Source: Bacteroidales bacterium
GTDB lineage: Bacteria > Bacteroidota > Bacteroidia > Bacteroidales > VadinHA17
Direction of reading: 5' to 3'
Assembly: GCA_016936695.1 (NCBI GenBank)
Contig: JAFGXK010000248.1
Span: forward strand, 1 to 40,908
DNA: 40,908 nucleotides
Shown here: positions 7,545 to 15,966 of the stretch, in pieces
How the letters are laid out: every line of letters begins with the position of its first letter
Numbering within the stretch: position 1 is the first letter of the stretch
Made by a program: the position numbers and the translations under genes
The notes under the pieces: model-generated
Databases searched by the model: none
What the model was told of the DNA's origin: nothing
What the model saw: only the letters and a program-made list of their open reading frames with translations

Positions 7545-8664
7545 CGTCAGGACGAAACCTGGATTCTTCAGGACAAAAGCAATTAAGGTGATACTTCACC
7601 TTATTGTCTGGGCGATCTTTATCGGATTGCCTCTTTACTTCATTTCCAGATATCCCGTGGCAAAGGATTTCCTGTGGGTCTACTATATCAACGCACTTAT
7701 CTGGGGATCGATCTTTTACATAAACTACCTGTACCTGGTGCCTGTATATTTTTTCAGGGAGGGTAAATTAAGATATTATCTCTATGCTCTCCTTTTGCTT
7801 GTTGGTTTTTACGTGGTTTCAGACGTTTCAAACAGGATGGTCCTGAAGAACATACCTTCCATCAACCAGGAAGGCCGAAATGAGGTGGATGCTCCCCGGG
7901 GCGGCCCCGGCAATGAGCCGCCTCCGCCTCCTGGCAGACCATTCAGGGACCCTTTCAGAAGAGTTCATATTTTCAATTATTTCCCGACTGCGCTTTTTAT
8001 CATGTTCCTTTCGCTGGGGCTGAAAGTTCTTGAAAGACAGTCGCAGATAGAAGAGTTGAAGAAAGAGATAGAAAAGGAAAAGCTTAATTCGGAACTGGCT
8101 TTCCTGAAAAATCAGATAAGCCCCCATTTCTTTTTCAATACTCTCAATAATATCTATTCCCTGATCGGAATCAACCAGGATGATTCGCAGGCGGCGGTAC
8201 TGAAGCTGTCGAAGCTGATGAGATATCTGATCTATGATTCTGAAAAGGGAAATACGATGCTGAGCCATGAAATAGAATTCATGAACAACTACATCGATCT
8301 GATGAAACTCAGGATGAGCGACAGGGTTGACCTGAATGTACGCTTCCCCGAAGAATACAAAGACAGGATCATCCAGCCGCTGCTTTTCATCCCGTTCGTC
8401 GAGAATTCATTCAAGCACGGAATAAGCTACCGCGAAAAGTCATTCATTGAAATAAGTATGGAAGCGGAGGCGGATTCTATAGTATTCAAATGCTCCAACT
8501 CCCTGCACTCCGGCGGGGAGAAAGGGGCAGAATCCGATACCGGAGGCATTGGACTTGAGAACGTCAGGAAAAGACTGAACCTGCTCTTTCCCGGACATCA
8601 TGAACTCAGGATCAACAAATCGGATAAGCGCTTTGATGTATTCCTCGAAATAAAAACAGCCTGA
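7537..8664 (+). CDS. LytS/YehU-family sensor histidine kinase with a membrane-only sensing region
   Basis: 375 aa with four N-terminal TM helices and a Pro/Gly-rich linker (GGPGNEPPPPPGRPF). The His_kinase motif is FLKNQISPHFFFNTLNNI and a GHKL region follows (FVENSFKHG ... GGIGLENVRKRL). The ATG at 7537 overlaps the permease stop as ATGAATGA. Confidence 0.85.
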   Translation: MNDVRTKPGFFRTKAIKVILHLIVWAIFIGLPLYFISRYPVAKDFLWVYYINALIWGSIFYINYLYLVPVYFFREGKLRYYLYALLLLVGFYVVSDVSNRMVLKNIPSINQEGRNEVDAPRGGPGNEPPPPPGRPFRDPFRRVHIFNYFPTALFIMFLSLGLKVLERQSQIEELKKEIEKEKLNSELAFLKNQISPHFFFNTLNNIYSLIGINQDDSQAAVLKLSKLMRYLIYDSEKGNTMLSHEIEFMNNYIDLMKLRMSDRVDLNVRFPEEYKDRIIQPLLFIPFVENSFKHGISYREKSFIEISMEAEADSIVFKCSNSLHSGGEKGAESDTGGIGLENVRKRLNLLFPGHHELRINKSDKRFDVFLEIKTA

Positions 8665-9377
8665 TGATCAGGACAATTGCCGTTGATGATGAGCCTCTGG
8701 CGCTTCAGCTGGTGACCGGTTATATCAAAAAGACTCCGGGACTGGAGCTGGCAGGAAGCTTTGACAATCCTCAGGAAGCAATGGAGTTTGTGATGAATGA
8801 AAAAGTGGACCTCATATTCATCGATATCCAGATGCCCGACCTTACCGGTATTGAATTTACCAGAGCGCTTACCGGCGGACCCAGGGTCGTCTTTACAACA
8901 GCCTATGAAAAATACGCCCTCGAAGGATTCAAGCTCGATGTCGTGGATTATCTCCTGAAGCCTTTCAGCTATGAGGAATTCCTGAAGGCTGTCGGAAAGG
9001 CTGCCAGGCTTATCCGGATTGAACAGGGCGAACCGGAAAAGGTGGAATCAAACAGTGAGTTCCTGTTCCTGAAGTCGGATTACAAAATAAGACGGATCAA
9101 CTTCAACGATATACTCTATATTGAAGGACTGAAGGACTACGTGAAGGTTTACACGGCAGGCGAATCAAAGCCGTTGCTCTCCCTTATAACAATGAAACTT
9201 CTCGAAGCCAAGCTTCCGGCGGCAAAGTTCATGAGGGTGCACAGGTCATTCATCGTGAACCTCGAAAGAATAGAGACCATTGAAAGGAGCAGGATAGTCT
9301 TCGGGAAAACCTATATCCCGGTTAGTGAACAATACAAGGAAAAATTTCAGGAATTTCTTGATAAGAATTTTTTATAA
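8664..9377 (+). CDS. LytTR-family response regulator
   Basis: The receiver domain shows IAVDDEPLAL ... DLIFIDIQMPDLTG ... LKP. The C-terminal LytTR domain shows ILYIEGLKDYVKVYT ... FMRVHRSFIVNLERI. The start overlaps the kinase stop by 1 nt (TGATG). Confidence 0.9.
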   Translation: MIRTIAVDDEPLALQLVTGYIKKTPGLELAGSFDNPQEAMEFVMNEKVDLIFIDIQMPDLTGIEFTRALTGGPRVVFTTAYEKYALEGFKLDVVDYLLKPFSYEEFLKAVGKAARLIRIEQGEPEKVESNSEFLFLKSDYKIRRINFNDILYIEGLKDYVKVYTAGESKPLLSLITMKLLEAKLPAAKFMRVHRSFIVNLERIETIERSRIVFGKTYIPVSEQYKEKFQEFLDKNFL

Positions 9378-9390
9378 TGGCTAAGAAGAT

Positions 9391-9522
9391 ATTTAAACAC
9401 GGAGGGACACAGAGTAAAGACGGAGTTTCACGGAGTAAAGATGTAGTTTAACTTCATCAAGGGCTTTGTCTTCAGGTGTTTTTAACTCCGTGTTATTCCG
9501 TGGTTAAGCTCCGTGGTTTAAT
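9391..9522. repeat. About 132-bp imperfect inverted-repeat element built from CACGGAG/CTCCGTG heptamers (REP/MITE-like)
   Basis: Three forward copies are CACGGAG 9398, GACGGAG 9419 and CACGGAG 9429. Three reverse copies are CTCCGTG 9486, TTCCGTG 9496 and CTCCGTG 9509. The outer arms ATTTAAACACGGAG (9391-9404) and CTCCGTGGTTTAAT (9509-9522) are near-perfect reverse complements. Confidence 0.7.
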
Positions 9523-11406
9523 ATGCATTACAATCCCGTTATCCGGCCTGAGATTAACCGGAAAGACAGTACTCCTGTCGACCCTCATACTGTCAATTCT
9601 GACGTGAGTCCTGGTTTCGACTGACGGATCATCGGAATAGATTTTTGCTGAATATGCCTTTTCCGGATCCAGGAAAGAAAAATTTATATCAAGCTTTGTA
9701 GCGTTAACTCCGTTTATTCCGCCGATGAACCATTCATCACCCTTTTTCCTTGCTATCACCCCATATTCCCCGATTTTTGCATGCAATACCAGGGTTTCAT
9801 CCCAAACTGTCGGCACATTGTCGAAGAATTCGAGCTCTGGTTCGTTGCCAATGTAGTTGGTTTCACCCCACAGACCGTCATCCTTTTTAAGTGCCGGTGC
9901 GGCTTTGTCGTACCAGTACAGGAACTGCAGCGGACTGAAGATGCAAACTGCCTTTGCAAGCTGCGATGCATGTGATCCCATTTTATTCTCAACCCTTTCA
10001 TTGTAGTAGCAGATTGTATTGTCACCCTGACCGGCAAGCATCCTGGTAAACATGGTGATAAGGGTATGACTGTTTGAAGGGCTCTCCTCATCGCCGCGGA
10101 TACCTTCCATAGTAAGAAAGTTGGGATAAGTGCGCGAAAAGCCTGTCGGCCTGTATTCGTCATGGACGTCGACTACAAGCTTATACTCTGCAGCCTTCAT
10201 TATCGATTCGTGAAGCCATGCGGTTGCATCCTGAGTTCCCACCCTTACAAATCCGAACTTGATCCCGGCGATTCCCCAGTCGCGGTAAAGCGGAAGCAGC
10301 TCGTCAATCTGACGTTCGAGAGCTCTCCGGTTAACATAAAGGAGTATGCCGATGTCTTTTGAACGGGCATAGTCCAGAACCTCCTTCATGTCGAGAGGAC
10401 CTTTCGACCTTGCGGGATCGAGGTTTACGGCACGGGCATCCGATAGTTCATTGTTCTCGGGACCGTACCATCCTGCATCGAATTCGACATACTGCATGTT
10501 GTGTGAGGATGTGAAATCGATGGCTGCAATTGCCCCGGTTGTGGTCAGGGTCACTTCACGCAATACCTTGCCGGGTTTGATCCATGAAACATCGGGTATT
10601 GCGCAGGGATCATTCAGGTTAAGGATGAGATAATTATTCTCGAGCAGGTCGCCTGCATTTTTGCCGGTCATCACCACCCTCCAGGGTGTCTGGAACGGAA
10701 GAGCCTTTTTTACAGTGCCTTCAAGTTGTGTTATAACATTGTTATAACGTGTAGTATCCGGCTCAAATTTCATTCTGGCATAGTCAATCAGTTTTGCTTC
10801 TGCGAGCGCAATTGTGAGGACGGAGTCGATTTCAATTACCAGCGGCCGTTCGCAGCCGTTCTGGATTTTACTGAGCGGCACCCTTGAGTTAGGGGCCTGA
10901 GCCCTGTTTGCAGACCAGGCAGGGTGGTCGGCGGTGAAGCCGAATGATATCTGTTCCCCATTTATCAGTATTGAATCTATACCCTCCTGCTGCGGGAATT
11001 CAAGTGCGAAAGCAACACCTTCGTCATAAGCCCTGCAGATCAACGTTACTTCCAGGTCGTTATTTTCAAGCCGTATTCTGGCCTGGTTGTAATTGTCAGG
11101 GATCTCCTTCCTCTCGCCAAAATTATTTATCCACTGATCCCTCACCGACTCCTTTTTCACCTCCCTGATCCTGAAGTTTCCCCATAAGATACCTTCTGCA
11201 TTGAGCTTAACCGGTGAAGGCAAAATAACCTGGCGGTTCCCGTTTTCTAGTGAGAAGGCGGGATACTTGATTCCGTCCTGTTCAAATCCGGCTGTGAAGG
11301 TTAGTTTGTTGGAACCATCAGGTGAAAGCACTGTTATTTTTTTCCCGCTAAGGCAGCCGGGATTAAGAACAACGAGTAGTGCAAGAATTGCGATTTTGAA
11401 TTTCAT
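9493..11406 (-). CDS. Glycoside hydrolase family 97-like enzyme (alpha-glucosidase or alpha-galactosidase type), secreted
   Basis: 637 aa with a signal peptide (MKFKIAILALLVVLNPGC). The GH97-like catalytic-barrel stretch reads YVEFDAGWY ... WGIAGIKFGFV ... KLVVDVHDEYRPTGFSRTYPNFLTMEGIRGDE. The last 9 codons and the stop lie inside the CACGGAG repeat element. Confidence 0.7.
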   Translation of the reverse strand: MKFKIAILALLVVLNPGCLSGKKITVLSPDGSNKLTFTAGFEQDGIKYPAFSLENGNRQVILPSPVKLNAEGILWGNFRIREVKKESVRDQWINNFGERKEIPDNYNQARIRLENNDLEVTLICRAYDEGVAFALEFPQQEGIDSILINGEQISFGFTADHPAWSANRAQAPNSRVPLSKIQNGCERPLVIEIDSVLTIALAEAKLIDYARMKFEPDTTRYNNVITQLEGTVKKALPFQTPWRVVMTGKNAGDLLENNYLILNLNDPCAIPDVSWIKPGKVLREVTLTTTGAIAAIDFTSSHNMQYVEFDAGWYGPENNELSDARAVNLDPARSKGPLDMKEVLDYARSKDIGILLYVNRRALERQIDELLPLYRDWGIAGIKFGFVRVGTQDATAWLHESIMKAAEYKLVVDVHDEYRPTGFSRTYPNFLTMEGIRGDEESPSNSHTLITMFTRMLAGQGDNTICYYNERVENKMGSHASQLAKAVCIFSPLQFLYWYDKAAPALKKDDGLWGETNYIGNEPELEFFDNVPTVWDETLVLHAKIGEYGVIARKKGDEWFIGGINGVNATKLDINFSFLDPEKAYSAKIYSDDPSVETRTHVRIDSMRVDRSTVFPVNLRPDNGIVMHIKPRSLTTE

Positions 11407-11458
11407 GGTCCCTGAATATTAAATGTCACTTATGAAAATACGGTTCCCGGAAGAATAT

Positions 11459-11466
11459 CAAAAGTA
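11459..11466 (-). promoter_or_regulatory. Bacteroidota-type -7 promoter box (TACTTTTG on the minus strand) for the GH97 gene
   Basis: Exact TAnnTTTG match, 53 nt upstream of the ATG at 11406 and just downstream of the hcp terminator. Confidence 0.45.
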
Positions 11467-11486
11467 GCTCGTTTTTTCCAAAACAG

Positions 11487-11514
11487 AAAGGGCGTTGCAT
11501 GCAACGCCCTTTTT
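11487..11514 (-). terminator. Rho-independent terminator after hcp (bidirectional palindrome)
   Basis: AAAGGGCGTTGC-AT-GCAACGCCCTTTT forms a perfect 9-bp GC-rich stem with A/T runs on both sides. It lies 21 nt downstream of the hcp stop. Confidence 0.8.
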
Positions 11515-11534
11515 AGTATATCCATGGATAATAG

Positions 11535-13187
11535 TTAGCTTAAAAACAGCTTGATATCGTCTTCAACAGTACCGATACCGGTAATTCCGAATTTTTCCAC
11601 AATGACTTTTGCCACATTCGGGGAGAGGAATCCGGGAAGTGTCGGGCCGAGGTGGATATTCTTGACTCCAAGATAAAGGAGAGCAAGAAGCACTATCACG
11701 GCCTTCTGCTCGTACCAGGCGATATTATATGCGATAGGCAGTTCGTTGATATCATTCAGATTGAATACCTCTTTCAGTTTCAGAGCTATCACTGCAAGAG
11801 AATAAGAATCGTTGCACTGGCCTGCATCAAGGACTCTGGGTATGCCTCCTATATCACCGAGCTGAAGCTTATTGTAGCGGTATTTTGCACATCCTGCTGT
11901 CATGATAACAGTGTCTTTGGGAAGTGCCTGTGCAAATTCAGTATAATAGCTGCGTTGTTTGAACCTTCCGTCGCATCCGGCCATAACGAAGAATTTCCTG
12001 ATGGCGCCTGATTTGACTGCTTCAACAACCTTATCGGCGAGGGCAACAACCTGATTATGGGCAAATCCACCGACTATCTCTCCTTTTTCAATTTCGACAG
12101 GTGGTTTGCAAAGCTTTGCATGCTCAATTATCTCAGAGAAATCCTTACGGCCGCCTGCAGGTCTTTCAGGGATATGCTTGAAACCGGTGAATCCCGATGA
12201 CCCCGTGGTATAGACTTTGTCGAAGTAGGAAGCACCCGCTTTCGGGGGAACTATGCAATTGGTGGTAAAAAGTATGGGGCCGTTGAAAGTTTCGAATTCC
12301 TCTTTCTGCTGCCACCATGAGCCGCCGTAGTTACCAACGAAATGTTTGTATTTTTTGAATGCCGGATAGTAATTTGCAGGTAGCATCTCACTGTGGGTGT
12401 AAACATCGACTCCTGTGCCTTCGGTCTGCACCAGAAGATCTTCCATGTCTCTCAGGTCGTGTCCGCTGATAAGAATACCCGGGTTGTTCCTTACGCCGAT
12501 GTTAACCTTTGTGATCTCAGGATTCCCGTAGGTTGTGGTATTGGCTTTGTCGAGCAGTGCCATGGCCGAGACTCCGAATTTGCCTGTTTCCATAACCAGT
12601 GCTACCAGCTGATCGGCATTCAGGCTGTCGTTTGTGGTTGCAACAAGTGCTTCCTGAATGAACTTGTGGATTGACTTATCCTCAAAACCCAGGTTATTGG
12701 CATGCTCGGTATAGGCAGCAATCCCCTTGAGGCCATATATTACCAGTTCTCTCAGCGACCTTATGTCTTCATTTTTGGTAGCAAGAACGCCGATCGATAT
12801 GTTTTTGGCCTCAAATTCTTCCACAGTATGGCCGGTCCAGGTTGCCGATTCATGAACATCGGCAGGCACGCTGCCACCTGCTTTCAAATACTTTTCCTTC
12901 AGTTCATCCCTGAGCTTCAGGCCTTCCCTGACCTTTGCCACGAACCTGTCGAAATCGAAGTTCGCGTTGGTGATGGTCATGAACAGACTGTCGACAATGA
13001 ACTTATCGGCTTCGTCGGTTTCAACGCCAAGTTTCCTCAGCCCGTTGGTGAAAAATGATATTCCCTTTGTTATGAAAATAAGAAGGTCCTGCATATTGGC
13101 AACATTGTCCTTCTTGCCGCAAACACCCACAAGGGTGCAGCCGGTCCCTTTGGCCGTCTCCTGACACTGATAACAAAACATACTCAT
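11535..13187 (-). CDS. hcp: Hybrid-cluster protein / hydroxylamine reductase
   Basis: 550 aa with the hallmark N-terminal Cys motif [23 protein letters not shown], and full-length resemblance to Hcp. The true start may be the third codon, the ATG at 13181. Confidence 0.95.
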   Translation of the reverse strand: MSMFCYQCQETAKGTGCTLVGVCGKKDNVANMQDLLIFITKGISFFTNGLRKLGVETDEADKFIVDSLFMTITNANFDFDRFVAKVREGLKLRDELKEKYLKAGGSVPADVHESATWTGHTVEEFEAKNISIGVLATKNEDIRSLRELVIYGLKGIAAYTEHANNLGFEDKSIHKFIQEALVATTNDSLNADQLVALVMETGKFGVSAMALLDKANTTTYGNPEITKVNIGVRNNPGILISGHDLRDMEDLLVQTEGTGVDVYTHSEMLPANYYPAFKKYKHFVGNYGGSWWQQKEEFETFNGPILFTTNCIVPPKAGASYFDKVYTTGSSGFTGFKHIPERPAGGRKDFSEIIEHAKLCKPPVEIEKGEIVGGFAHNQVVALADKVVEAVKSGAIRKFFVMAGCDGRFKQRSYYTEFAQALPKDTVIMTAGCAKYRYNKLQLGDIGGIPRVLDAGQCNDSYSLAVIALKLKEVFNLNDINELPIAYNIAWYEQKAVIVLLALLYLGVKNIHLGPTLPGFLSPNVAKVIVEKFGITGIGTVEDDIKLFLS

Positions 13188-13299
13188 GATATTACTGTTT
13201 TATGTAAATAATTAATAAATGACTTTTTCAACACTCAATAAGTCTGCATTTTGCAAGATCAAAATTTACACAAAAAAACTGAATCCGGCTCATTAAAAA

Positions 13300-13315
13300 T
13301 GTAACATATGTTACA
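13300..13315. promoter_or_regulatory. Perfect 16-bp palindrome TGTAAC-ATAT-GTTACA; candidate CRP/FNR-family (HcpR-like) operator upstream of hcp
   Basis: The perfect inverted repeat has 6-4-6 geometry and is centred about 120 bp upstream of the hcp start, inside an AT-rich divergent intergenic region. From memory, GTAAC-N4-GTTAC is the motif predicted for HcpR regulators in Bacteroidetes and Clostridia. Confidence 0.55.
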
Positions 13316-13416
13316 AAAAGTGTCTTTTTTAAAAAATAAGCACATGTCAGACCGTATTGAGTTAATAATCGTTCAACTTTAGTTTTCCGGCTTGTGTCCT
13401 TGTTCATTCTTTTTAT

Positions 13417-13424
13417 TATATTTG
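13417..13424 (+). promoter_or_regulatory. Bacteroidota-type -7 promoter box (TATATTTG) for comM/yifB
   Basis: Exact TAnnTTTG match, 36 nt upstream of the ATG at 13460. Confidence 0.45.
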
Positions 13425-13459
13425 GTATTGTGTTTCGCTAATCGTGCAAGTATAGAATT

Positions 13460-14998
13460 ATGTTGGTAAGGACATTCGGCAGTGCCGTGGCAGGTATTGA
13501 TGCGGTCACTGTAACCATTGAAGTCAATGTATCGAGGGGGATACGCTTTTTCCTGGTAGGTCTGCCCGATGTGGCGGTGAAGGAGAGTCAGCAGAGGATC
13601 GAGTCGTCGCTTCGGGCCCTGGGGTTCAGATGGCCGGGTAAGCAGGTGCTTATTAACATGGCACCGGCCGATATCAGAAAGGAGGGGTCATCATATGATC
13701 TTCCCCTGGCGGTGGGCATTCTGGCTGCAGATGAGAATATCTCCCCGGGTCGTATCGAATCGTATGTCATGATGGGAGAACTGTCGCTCGACGGAACCCT
13801 GCAGCCTGTAAAGGGAGTCCTTCCGATAGCTCTGAGGGCCAGGGAGGAGGGTTTCAAAGGAGTGATAGTGCCTGTAAAAAATGCCCGGGAGGCAGCTGTT
13901 GTCTCCGGACTTGATGTCTATGGCATGGAGAAGCTTGGCGACGTGATTGATTTTTTCAACAGCTCCCGGCAGTTTGAGCCGGTAAAGGTCGATATTGAGG
14001 GGTTGTTCAGGGGAGAAGCCAATAAATATGACGTCGATTTTTCTGACGTCCGAGGTCAGGAAAATGTTAAAAGAGCCCTCGAAGTTGCAGCCGCGGGGCA
14101 CCATAATCTGCTGATGATCGGTCCACCCGGGGCAGGAAAGACCATGCTTGCGAAAAGGGTGTCCACCATAATGCCCCCTCTCACACTGGAGGAGGCTCTT
14201 GAAACCACTAAAATTCATTCGGTGGCAGGCAAAATCGACGACCATATGGCGCTGATGACCAAACGGCCTTTCAGGAGTCCCCACCATACTATTTCAGATG
14301 TAGCACTGGTCGGAGGGGGTACATTTCCCCAGCCAGGGGAAATTTCCCTCGGACATAACGGAGTGCTGTTTCTCGACGAACTGCCTGAGTTCAAGCGAAC
14401 CGTGCTGGAGGTGATGAGACAACCCCTCGAAGACCGGATAATAACCATTTCCAGGGCAAAATCAACCTGCGATTACCCGGCAAGCTTCATGTTGATAGCC
14501 TCAATGAACCCCTGCCCCTGCGGATACCATAACCACCCTGAGAAAGAATGTATGTGCACCGCCGGAATGAGGCAGAAATATCTGAACCGGATCTCCGGAC
14601 CGCTGCTCGACAGAATAGATATTCATATCGAAGTTGTTCCGGTGAAATACGACAAGCTTACGGATTCTGCTAAAACGGAGCGATCAGATTTAGTAAGGGA
14701 GAGAGTCGTTAAGGCAAGGGAGATACAGGCCAGGCGTTTTGCATCTGTAAAGGGGATTCACGCGAACGCCCAGATGACGTCATCGATGCAGAGAAGATAC
14801 TGTCAACTCGATGAGGCCGGCGGAACACTGCTCCGCACAGCCATGGACCTAAGAGGCCTTTCAGCCAGGGCTTACGACAGGATTCTAAAGGTGGCACGGA
14901 CTATTGCCGATCTCGGGGAGTCGGAGAACATAAGCGTCGAACATATCTCGGAAGCGATCAATTACAGGAACCTCGACCGCGAGGGATGGGCCGGATGA
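13460..14998 (+). CDS. comM: YifB/ComM-family Mg-chelatase-like AAA+ ATPase
   Basis: 512 aa. An N-terminal Lon-protease-like (ChlI) domain is followed by Walker A GPPGAGKTMLAKR and Walker B VLFLDELPEF. A Cys-rich insert (NPCPCGYHNHPEKECMCT) and a C-terminal Mg-chelatase subunit ChlI-like end are present. Confidence 0.92.
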   Translation: MLVRTFGSAVAGIDAVTVTIEVNVSRGIRFFLVGLPDVAVKESQQRIESSLRALGFRWPGKQVLINMAPADIRKEGSSYDLPLAVGILAADENISPGRIESYVMMGELSLDGTLQPVKGVLPIALRAREEGFKGVIVPVKNAREAAVVSGLDVYGMEKLGDVIDFFNSSRQFEPVKVDIEGLFRGEANKYDVDFSDVRGQENVKRALEVAAAGHHNLLMIGPPGAGKTMLAKRVSTIMPPLTLEEALETTKIHSVAGKIDDHMALMTKRPFRSPHHTISDVALVGGGTFPQPGEISLGHNGVLFLDELPEFKRTVLEVMRQPLEDRIITISRAKSTCDYPASFMLIASMNPCPCGYHNHPEKECMCTAGMRQKYLNRISGPLLDRIDIHIEVVPVKYDKLTDSAKTERSDLVRERVVKAREIQARRFASVKGIHANAQMTSSMQRRYCQLDEAGGTLLRTAMDLRGLSARAYDRILKVARTIADLGESENISVEHISEAINYRNLDREGWAG

Positions 14999-15002
14999 GC
15001 AG

Positions 15003-15962
15003 TTATTCGAGAAGAAGGGCTGCAGCCCCGATCAGACCGGCATCTGCTCCTGCCTCTGACCTTACAATGGCTATCGGGTCGTAGATCATATCCCGTGCAA
15101 GTTCATGGAACTTTTCCAGTATCCTGTTGAAATACAAGTCACCAAGATTCATAAGCCCGCCGCCAAGGATGATCAGCGGAGGATTGAACACCTGGAAAAT
15201 ATTATATATTCCTATTCCAATGTAATCGGCACAATCCCTTACAATTTCCATACTGACAGGATCACCCGCTTCGAGCCCCTGCAGGATAAGCTGACCATCG
15301 ACCCTGCTGTAGTCAAAATCCCCGGGAAGTGGCAGACTGGTCTGCATGCCGTCTTCAATCTTTTTTCTGAACCTCGCGGGAAGGGTTAGTCCGCAGGCAC
15401 ATCCCATGAGACAGCCCCTGTTCCCGCAGGTACAAATGAAATCGCTGTCCGGATCGACAATCGTATGCCCGAACTCGCCTGCAGTTCCCGTCATTCCCCG
15501 GTATATCTTCCTGTTCAGGACTATTCCGGCCCCGATGCCTGAACTGACTGTAAGGAATATCAGATCGTCGTAGCCTTTTCCTGCTCCGAATTTAAGCTCA
15601 CAGAATGCCTGTGCGTTGGCATCATTGTCGAGCCTTACCGGAATCCTGAAGTTTCCGGCAAGAGTATCACGAAGGGGATAGCTCTTGAATCCCTTCAGGT
15701 TTGAAGTGGTTATTGTGTAACCATCCCTGTAGCGCACATGACCGGGGAAGCCCACTCCAATTCCCTCCAGATCCGTTTCATTCAACCCATTGGACGAAAT
15801 AAGCTGCTTGATAATCAGTGTTATATAATTAACAATCCCCTCCTCATCGAGTGCAACATGATCGTACACCACTGATTTACCGAGGATCCTTCCGTCGGGA
15901 TAAACCAGTCCGGCAGAAAGCTTGGTGCCTCCAAGGTCGACTCCGCAAAGTATCTTTTCCAT
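15003..15962 (-). CDS. ROK-family sugar kinase (no HTH domain)
   Basis: The ORF-track start at 15992 is a TTG overlapping the upstream gene. The ATG at 15962 gives MEKILCGVDLGGTKL, a typical ROK/glucokinase N-terminus. The ROK zinc motif is GHTIVDPDSDFICTCGNRGCLMGC. The gene starts 4 nt after the GRE stop. Confidence 0.85.
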   Translation of the reverse strand: MEKILCGVDLGGTKLSAGLVYPDGRILGKSVVYDHVALDEEGIVNYITLIIKQLISSNGLNETDLEGIGVGFPGHVRYRDGYTITTSNLKGFKSYPLRDTLAGNFRIPVRLDNDANAQAFCELKFGAGKGYDDLIFLTVSSGIGAGIVLNRKIYRGMTGTAGEFGHTIVDPDSDFICTCGNRGCLMGCACGLTLPARFRKKIEDGMQTSLPLPGDFDYSRVDGQLILQGLEAGDPVSMEIVRDCADYIGIGIYNIFQVFNPPLIILGGGLMNLGDLYFNRILEKFHELARDMIYDPIAIVRSEAGADAGLIGAAALLLE

Positions 15963-15966
15963 ATTA

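Noticed and set aside
9391-9522. Possible CRISPR array or tRNA-like structure in the CACGGAG repeat region; the same question applies to the repeat patch at 38358-38490
   Set aside because: The repeat units are only 7-15 nt and are arranged as an inverted repeat or micro-tandems, with no 25-40 nt spacers. There are no cas genes in the window and no cloverleaf geometry.
9493-11406. Possibility that the GH97 gene is a truncated pseudogene (637 aa, slightly short for the family, with its end in a repeat)
   Set aside because: The ORF is uninterrupted, with an intact signal peptide and the central catalytic-barrel motifs. Only the final ~9 residues derive from the repeat. It is treated as functional, with the 3'-end replacement flagged as a finding instead.
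13245-13262. FNR-like half-site pattern TTTTGCAAGATCAA upstream of hcp
   Set aside because: Only the right half (ATCAA) matches TTGAT-N4-ATCAA and the left half has 3 mismatches. The perfect TGTAAC-N4-GTTACA palindrome 45 bp away is a far better candidate operator.
13691-14287. 198-aa antisense ORF inside comM/yifB
   Set aside because: It is fully embedded opposite a strongly recognisable AAA+ gene. The sequence is Arg/Gly/Pro-rich and featureless, which is typical of a shadow ORF.
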